Shown here one piece after another: positions 58,037-64,000 of a DNA stretch of 64,000 bases; position 1 is the first letter of the stretch, and each line of letters opens with the position of its first letter. Source of the stretch: Methanobacteriota archaeon (GTDB taxonomy: Archaea; Thermoplasmatota; Poseidoniia; Poseidoniales; Thalassarchaeaceae). The notes beneath the pieces are model-generated. The model saw only the letters and a program-made list of their open reading frames with translations, had not been told where the DNA came from and did not search any database. Position numbers and translations under genes: made by a program. The stretch covers positions 25,282-89,281 of the forward strand of contig WTHQ01000019.1 in the NCBI GenBank assembly GCA_011523055.1. The letters run 5' to 3'.

Positions 58037-59269
58037 CTACATGGATTCAATCAGTACTGCGATCCCTTGCCCTCCGCCAATGCAAGCAGTAGCGATCCCG
58101 AGCCCTCCGCCAGACCTCTGGAGCTCCAACGCCAAAGTGTGGAGTAGCCTGGTGCCAGTAGCCGCCAGGGGATGGCCGAGCCCAACTGCGCCACCATTCA
58201 CATTCACGATTTCTTGATCTATACCGAGGTCCTTCATACAAGCAACTGCCTGGCCCGCGAATGCCTCGTTTATCTCCCATCGGGAAACGTCGCTTACGTT
58301 GAGGCCTGCCCTATCTAGCGCCATCCTGGAGGAGGGGACTGGCCCATATGCCATGATGGCTGGCTCTAGGCCTACAATACCCCATGACAGGATCCTTGCC
58401 AGCGGTTGATCACCGTCCAACTTGGCCTTTTCGTGCGACTTGATTACCAAGGCTGCAGCACCATCTACGATCCCAGATGCATTGCCCGCGGTGACCAGGG
58501 AGTCCGGGCCGAAGTGGGTTCGTAGGTTGGAAAGTGTCTGCTTCGTGGTGCCTGGGACAAAATGATCCTCGTCATCAGGACCAATAATCCTGTCACCCGC
58601 CTTCACTGGGACGATTTCCTCCATCCATGTTCCCTTTCTGATGCTCTCTTCTGTTCTTTGGTGGCTCAACGCAGCGAATGCGTCTGCTTGCTCGCGGGAT
58701 ACTCCAAGCCTCCTGCACAATTCATCGCTTGTCTGTGCCATGAATTTGTTTGATATAGAGTCTAATAGGTTGGTAAAAAGGTAGTCTTCCATGTCCTTTT
58801 CCAGTGTTTCTCCATTTTTTGGTGGTCGGCCGAGTCGATTTTTATGTCGAGTGCCCCTTAGGACCATGGGAGCCTGACTAAGGTTCTCCATGCCTCCTGC
58901 GACCACAGTCTGTGCCTCGCCAAGCATAATCATCTGGGCTGCTGAGACCACGGATTGAGCTCCACTGCCACATAGGCGGTTGAGAGTGAGCATAGGTGTC
59001 TCTTGAGGTATCCCCGCTCTGAGGCCTGCATGCCTCGCCCCGAAGATTGCTTGGCCAGAGGTCTGTAGTGCGTGGCCCATCACGACATGGTCTACTGATT
59101 TCGGATCTGTTCCTGTGGATTCAATAGCCCCCTTTATGACCTCAGTCCCGAGATCCTCAGCAGATAGTTCGGCGAGAAGTCCCCCTTTCTCACCATCGCC
59201 TCTTTTCCCCCCAGACCATTCGCAAAAGGGGGTTCTTTTTCCACCGATGATTACAACTTCGTTGGCCAT
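58037..59269 (-). CDS. thiolase (acetyl-CoA C-acyltransferase)
   Basis: RTPF, NRLCGSG, GGMEN, TAGNASGIVDGAAA, EINEAF, NGGAVGLGHP, CIGGGQG. Start placed at MANEV. Confidence 0.95.
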   Translation of the reverse strand: MANEVVIIGGKRTPFCEWSGGKRGDGEKGGLLAELSAEDLGTEVIKGAIESTGTDPKSVDHVVMGHALQTSGQAIFGARHAGLRAGIPQETPMLTLNRLCGSGAQSVVSAAQMIMLGEAQTVVAGGMENLSQAPMVLRGTRHKNRLGRPPKNGETLEKDMEDYLFTNLLDSISNKFMAQTSDELCRRLGVSREQADAFAALSHQRTEESIRKGTWMEEIVPVKAGDRIIGPDDEDHFVPGTTKQTLSNLRTHFGPDSLVTAGNASGIVDGAAALVIKSHEKAKLDGDQPLARILSWGIVGLEPAIMAYGPVPSSRMALDRAGLNVSDVSRWEINEAFAGQAVACMKDLGIDQEIVNVNGGAVGLGHPLAATGTRLLHTLALELQRSGGGLGIATACIGGGQGIAVLIESM

Positions 59270-59289
59270 GAGCATCGGAAAATGTCCGG

Positions 59290-60273
59290 CTACATGAGGA
59301 TAACTAGAGCCGAGGCGGTCGCCGCCATCATGCAAATTGTGGAGATTGCCCCAACAGTCAATATGGGTCTCGACGCACTTAGAAGATCTTCAAATTGGAT
59401 GCTCATCCCAATCATCACAAGAATTGGAACCATCAATATGCTCCCAGAGTATTCCATTGGCTGTGAGAGTGATTCAGGCAGTAGAAAGGACGAGGCTACG
59501 GATGCTACAATGAACCCAGGAAGAAACATAGGGATCCTCGAGAGAGCTTTCGAAGTGTTTCCATCTATTTCTCCTGCCCTTGATGAAAAGGTGGCTGCTA
59601 ATGGTACGACGAGTAATAAGGCCAGCACCCTGGTCAGCTTCGTTCCAGATGCAAGCACTAGAGCATCTCCGCCCATTGCCTCGCCGGCTGCTATTGCCTG
59701 AGGGACTGCGTGGACGGTTGCGCCTGCCCATATCCCTGCTGCATCTGTGTGGAGCCCGATGACCCTAGCCATTATCGGAACCGAGAGGAAGGTGGCCAGA
59801 CCAAGTATGTTTACTACTGCTAGGATAGATCCAGTCTGTTTTGTAGAGAGTCGCAGACTAGGTGCTACGGCGAGCACCGCACTATTCCCACAAATTGCTC
59901 CACCGGCCCCTAGAGCGAAGGCTTCGATTCTGTCGATGCCAAGGGCTCTTGAAAGCAACATTGTGCATGTGAAGGCCGTAAAAATCGAGGTGGCAATTGT
60001 AACCAATCCTACGAAGCCGATGTGATCAGAGAATACGACCTTAATGTCCAAACCGAAACCGAGGAGTATGATCGCAAGGGGGAGTAAGGTATTGACCCAT
60101 ACTTTGTTGACGAGGGGGTCCATGTTCACTTTTTTTGAAATTAGTAGTCCGAACAAAAAACCCATTGTCCCGGTTCCAAATGACAGCAACCCTCGCGCGT
60201 TCAGAGCATAGTCAACAAAAATGGACAATAGGCTAATTGTCAGGACCGTTAAGATCCAAATCGATCTAGCCAA
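59290..60273 (-). CDS. YeiH/PSE family (putative sulfate exporter) membrane protein
   Basis: IILLGFGL, GGAICGNSAVLA, GIWAGATVHAVPQAIAAG, KLTRV. Confidence 0.85.
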   Translation of the reverse strand: MARSIWILTVLTISLLSIFVDYALNARGLLSFGTGTMGFLFGLLISKKVNMDPLVNKVWVNTLLPLAIILLGFGLDIKVVFSDHIGFVGLVTIATSIFTAFTCTMLLSRALGIDRIEAFALGAGGAICGNSAVLAVAPSLRLSTKQTGSILAVVNILGLATFLSVPIMARVIGLHTDAAGIWAGATVHAVPQAIAAGEAMGGDALVLASGTKLTRVLALLLVVPLAATFSSRAGEIDGNTSKALSRIPMFLPGFIVASVASSFLLPESLSQPMEYSGSILMVPILVMIGMSIQFEDLLSASRPILTVGAISTICMMAATASALVILM

Positions 60274-60289
60274 CGGCTCACCGTTAGTA

Positions 60290-61780
60290 TTACTCTGGTT
60301 CTTCCTTATTCATGGTTCCCAAGAACTCGGGTAGATCCACGCCTGCATTTCTTGCCACGTCATGAAGTGGAGGGAGGCTTCTCACGAGGCTGCTGACGAA
60401 GTCAGAGGTTGCAGATCCATCAGCGGAACCACCTCCGTCCCACACGGTAATGCTGTCTATCTTGAGGTTCTTTATTGCCTCAACCTGCGCTGAAACCATC
60501 TCCTCGATCTTCTCGACCATCAAGAGAGTGGCTGCAGCCTTGGGGTCGCCACCGGTGCTGGTAACTAGGTTAGCGTAACCCTCCGCTTTAGCTTGCAACA
60601 CCTTCTGAACACCAGCGGCCTCGGCCTCGTATTGCATTAGGACGGCATCTGCCTGGCCAGCAGCTATTCTCCTTTGGCGCTCTGCCTCGGCTTCTGCGGC
60701 GATCTCGATCTGTTGTTTCTGAATGTTCTCCCTAACGATGTCGCTTGCCCGCAACCGTTCCTCTTCCTCTACATACTTCGATTTCTGGATCTCGGCCTCG
60801 GCTTGAGCCTTGGCAATCTCGGCTCTTTGCTTTGCTAGTGCCTCTGCTTCAGCTAGATCGGCATTAACCTTCGCGATCTGTGCTTGTGAGGAGTTCTCGC
60901 CCTCTACGGCGATGGCTTCTTGCTCATTTACGAAGACACGTTGGTCTGCCTCAGCCGCCTTCTTCCCCTTTTCTGCTTGGGCCATGTTTTCCGCAACTTG
61001 AATTTCCCTGGCCCTGTCGGCCTCTGCGGAACCCACGGCACCATCCCTCTCAGCGTTGGCAACGTCCACGCGGGCCCTCTCGACGGCCTCTGATGCGGCC
61101 TTCTTACCAATGCTCTCGATGTAATTGGATTCATCGGTTATGTCGACTATGTTGACGTTGATGAGGTACAAACCGACCTTGTTCAGCTCTGCGTCAACAT
61201 TTGTCCTGATGAGGTCAAGGAAGGCGTCCCTATCTTGGTTTATTTGCTCTATGGTGAGCGTCGCTACGGTAAGCCTCAACTGTCCGAATATTATCTCCTT
61301 GGCCATTTCCTCGACTTGGTCGAGATTGAGTTCCAGCAACCTTTCTGCAGCCGAGCTCATTATTCTGGGGTCGGTGGAGACACCGATTGTGAAGGTGCTT
61401 GGTACGTTTATCCTAATGTTCTGTTGGGAGAGAGCGTTCCTCATGTCTATATTGATGGTCATCGGTGTAAGTGAAATGTAGCTGTAATCCTGGATAAGTG
61501 GCCACACAAGTGTTGCTCCGCCGTGTATTACCTTGGAGGCTTCAGCGCCAGCGGTTCGGCCGTAGATGACCATGATTTTATCCGGAGGGCACCTCTTGTA
61601 ACGCTGGGCAAAGAAGATTACAACCGCAACAAGGAGGAGGATGCTCACGAACATTAGCACCCCAACAGCTGCAGCCGCACCCCCTCCATCGTCCTCCTGC
61701 GCAGAGACTACGGGGGCTAACAATATGGCGTTCAAAACAGCGAGGATGGTCGCGTGGCCTCGATGGGACATGGTGCCCAC
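60290..61780 (-). CDS. flotillin-family SPFH protein
   Basis: TM then RYKRCPPDKIMVIYG, GGATLVWP, GQLR, IN.DR..F, Ala/Glu-rich coiled coil, IDSITVWD, LPPLH. Confidence 0.92.
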   Translation of the reverse strand: MGTMSHRGHATILAVLNAILLAPVVSAQEDDGGGAAAAVGVLMFVSILLLVAVVIFFAQRYKRCPPDKIMVIYGRTAGAEASKVIHGGATLVWPLIQDYSYISLTPMTINIDMRNALSQQNIRINVPSTFTIGVSTDPRIMSSAAERLLELNLDQVEEMAKEIIFGQLRLTVATLTIEQINQDRDAFLDLIRTNVDAELNKVGLYLINVNIVDITDESNYIESIGKKAASEAVERARVDVANAERDGAVGSAEADRAREIQVAENMAQAEKGKKAAEADQRVFVNEQEAIAVEGENSSQAQIAKVNADLAEAEALAKQRAEIAKAQAEAEIQKSKYVEEEERLRASDIVRENIQKQQIEIAAEAEAERQRRIAAGQADAVLMQYEAEAAGVQKVLQAKAEGYANLVTSTGGDPKAAATLLMVEKIEEMVSAQVEAIKNLKIDSITVWDGGGSADGSATSDFVSSLVRSLPPLHDVARNAGVDLPEFLGTMNKEEPE

Positions 61781-61836
61781 TCGGCAATGGAGGATATGAA
61801 GCCTGTGCCGTCTTCTGGGTTTCTACTACGGGTAGA

Positions 61837-62445
61837 TCACTCTTCTTCGGGGGCGTACTTCATTGGCTCAACTATCAATATAGTTCCTACTACTGCCTTG
61901 ACCGTTACTGTTTCCTCATTGGCTATCATAGACCCGTCTACGGACTTAGCGTCGTATTGCCTTAGCGAGCCCTTGATGCTGACCGAGACCTGTCCGGTTC
62001 CGCCTTCCGGGATCCTTAGATATACTGTACCGCTTGTTCCCACCGCGTCGTCTATCTCGATTGTGCCCTCGGCTTGGAGGGCTATGAAGAATTGGAAGAC
62101 TTTGCCAGTCGCGAACATCGAGGCGCCACCAGAAATTCCGCCTACAATAATTGCGAGAACTTCAGGTCCACCGGACTGCATTACGATGATTCCAGTTAGT
62201 CCGAAAAACATCATGAAGGCCATTACGCCTTGGAAGGTAAGTGCCTTGAACGAGGCATCAGCCCCCATCGCATCGATGTCGACCCCAAAAACACCCTCTG
62301 CAATGTCACCTATCCCACCGAGGACGACCACTAAAACCAACCACAACAGGAAAAGAACTCCGCCGATGACAGCGGAGGCCCCGAACATTAGCTCAACTCC
62401 TGTGGCATCTAACAACCCGAACACAAAATCGATGATTCCAACCAT
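61837..62445 (-). CDS. NfeD-like (YuaF-type) membrane protein
   Basis: Three TM helices plus OB-fold tail VGTSGTVYLRIP...GQV; directly upstream of the flotillin gene. Confidence 0.85.
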   Translation of the reverse strand: MVGIIDFVFGLLDATGVELMFGASAVIGGVLFLLWLVLVVVLGGIGDIAEGVFGVDIDAMGADASFKALTFQGVMAFMMFFGLTGIIVMQSGGPEVLAIIVGGISGGASMFATGKVFQFFIALQAEGTIEIDDAVGTSGTVYLRIPEGGTGQVSVSIKGSLRQYDAKSVDGSMIANEETVTVKAVVGTILIVEPMKYAPEEE

Positions 62446-62489
62446 GGCAAGCCTAGGTGAGATTCACAGATAGTGCTGTCGATTGTTTT

Positions 62490-62747
62490 CTATCTTTTGA
62501 GCCAAATGCCGTACATCCTCTCGAGAGCCAGTATTGGGCCAACGCTCAAGCCAGTTGCCATTCCTGCAAAAACGATTGAAAATCCGTGATCAAACCATGT
62601 GTTGGCCAGAGAGTACGAGGAGAGGCACACTCCTGCAAGCAATATGGGTATCAGGACCCTTCTCAGGAAGATATAGTACCCCCCAAGCCCATCGAAGGCC
62701 GGGTTTCCCGTTACCTGATCGATGATCTTGCCAGCCTTGGTCATCAT
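62490..62747 (-). CDS. small hypothetical membrane protein
   Basis: 85 aa, two TM helices, in a same-strand run. Confidence 0.6.
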   Translation of the reverse strand: MMTKAGKIIDQVTGNPAFDGLGGYYIFLRRVLIPILLAGVCLSSYSLANTWFDHGFSIVFAGMATGLSVGPILALERMYGIWLKR

Positions 62748-62753
62748 CGATCC

Positions 62754-63104
62754 TCACGATGAGATTATGCTACCCAATACATCCAAGGACCCGATGACCA
62801 TCAGGATTATCGGCACACTCCACCAACCTGCCCTATTCACAATTGTCCTGTCATCAACTCTTGTAATTCGTCCTTGATCGTCCCTATCCAGGCGCGTCTT
62901 TTCCAATTTTGAATAAGAATTGTCGAATTCTTTTTGATACTTCCCAACGGATGTGAGGAAGTAGATTGCCAACAGGGCAGTGGTTCCACCGGTCACACCG
63001 AAAATTTCGGCAACAGCATTGACACCCTGATCCTGTAAGTATTGCCAAAGCATTAGTTGGGCCACGGCTAGTAGCCCAATCATGACTGAGTCCGATCTTG
63101 CCAT
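62754..63104 (-). CDS. small hypothetical membrane protein
   Basis: 116 aa, three hydrophobic segments. Confidence 0.65.
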   Translation of the reverse strand: MARSDSVMIGLLAVAQLMLWQYLQDQGVNAVAEIFGVTGGTTALLAIYFLTSVGKYQKEFDNSYSKLEKTRLDRDDQGRITRVDDRTIVNRAGWWSVPIILMVIGSLDVLGSIISS

Positions 63105-63151
63105 GTACCCAAGATGCAGTAACTATTGATCAAATCTTGCCCTTATTCCAC

Positions 63152-63574
63152 TCATCTGAGGTGCTTTGGTCTTCCGTTCCAAATCCCCCAAGTACCCTTC
63201 CCGATCGCGATTACTCTTTCCTCTTGATCCCTTATCTCCCCTTGAACATGCGCTATGGATCGACCTCTCCTGAGAACGGTCCCTGTGCAAATGAGTCCAC
63301 TATTCACCTTGGCAGCATTGATGTAGGATATGTCCAATTGAGCAGTCGCACACCACTCCTCCTCGCTCAATGAAGAGACTGTGGCCCCTCCCATCGCTGT
63401 ATCCAACAACGTCGCTTGTAGACCTCCATGAGCTACGCCACCCTTATTCAGGTGACTTTCGTCTACTTTGACCCCCACTGAGCATTTTCCATTTGACATG
63501 GAGATGAGCTCGATTCCGAGGGATTCCTGAAGTTTGCCGATGTGGGGAAATGACCGGGAGCCTTCACTTGCCAT
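63152..63574 (-). CDS. PaaI family hotdog thioesterase
   Basis: LGIE, HLNKGGVAHGG, LLDTAMG, ISYI, RRGR. Start placed at MASEG. Confidence 0.9.
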   Translation of the reverse strand: MASEGSRSFPHIGKLQESLGIELISMSNGKCSVGVKVDESHLNKGGVAHGGLQATLLDTAMGGATVSSLSEEEWCATAQLDISYINAAKVNSGLICTGTVLRRGRSIAHVQGEIRDQEERVIAIGKGTWGIWNGRPKHLR

Positions 63575-63603
63575 TGTCGATACGCCCCTTCCCACCGTTT
63601 TTT

Positions 63604-64000
63604 TCATGCCACTCCAGTTTGCACAGCCCATAATCGACTATACAGCCCAGATAGTTGTATCAATTCATCGTGGGAGCCCATCTCGGTTATTCCCCCTGAA
63701 TCCAGTACTGCGATTCTATCGGCATTACGAACCGTAGATAGCCTGTGCGCGATTATGATAGTTGTCCTGTTCTTAGAGAGTTTCTCTATCGATCTTTGCA
63801 GAGCTGCCTCTGTTTCGTTATCGACATTGCTGGTCGCTTCATCCAGCACGAGTATCGGGGCATCCTTCAGGACCGCTCTGGCGATCGCTAACCTCTGCCT
63901 CTGACCGCCTGACAGCCTGTGTCCGTCTTCTCCAACTTCCGTCTCCCAGCCATCGGGGAGGGTCCGTATGAACTCCATCGCCTCTGCTATGTTTGCTGAG
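63604..64000 (-). CDS. ABC exporter ATP-binding domain (MsbA/ABCB-like; 5' part outside window)
   Basis: [41 protein letters not shown]. Confidence 0.93.
   Translation of the reverse strand, partial: SANIAEAMEFIRTLPDGWETEVGEDGHRLSGGQRQRLAIARAVLKDAPILVLDEATSNVDNETEAALQRSIEKLSKNRTTIIIAHRLSTVRNADRIAVLDSGGITEMGSHDELIQLSGLYSRLWAVQTGVA

Noticed and set aside
61754..62473. 239-aa plus-strand ORF
   Set aside because: Entirely antisense to the NfeD-like gene, whose identity is supported by the adjacent flotillin

Overview
Gene-dense archaeal core-genome segment. Markers are class I LysRS, aRF1, aIF2-beta, CarS, aTrm56, an AglB/STT3 oligosaccharyltransferase and a tRNA with a CAU anticodon. Bacterial-type folP, dut and thiolase plus several giant acidic surface proteins point, by inference, to a Marine Group II (Poseidoniales)-like Thermoplasmatota. 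About 45 genes; no mobile element or CRISPR array seen. Main finding: a membrane-anchored single-lobe transferrin-like protein (43955-45016) that keeps all four transferrin Fe(III) ligands and the anion-binding loop. A DtxR/IdeR-type operator (TTAGGTTAGCCTAA, 45048-45061) abuts its TATA box, suggesting an iron-repressed archaeal transferrin uptake system. Second, a 900-aa protein (33682-36378) has the topology and motif order of eukaryotic CD36/SR-BI/LIMP-2 scavenger receptors. Also notable: a 3124-aa AglB, a pyroglutamyl-peptidase/MutT fusion, a wHTH-STAND-TPR protein and an unannotated 39-aa zinc-finger microprotein. All homology calls come from motif recognition by eye, not database searches.
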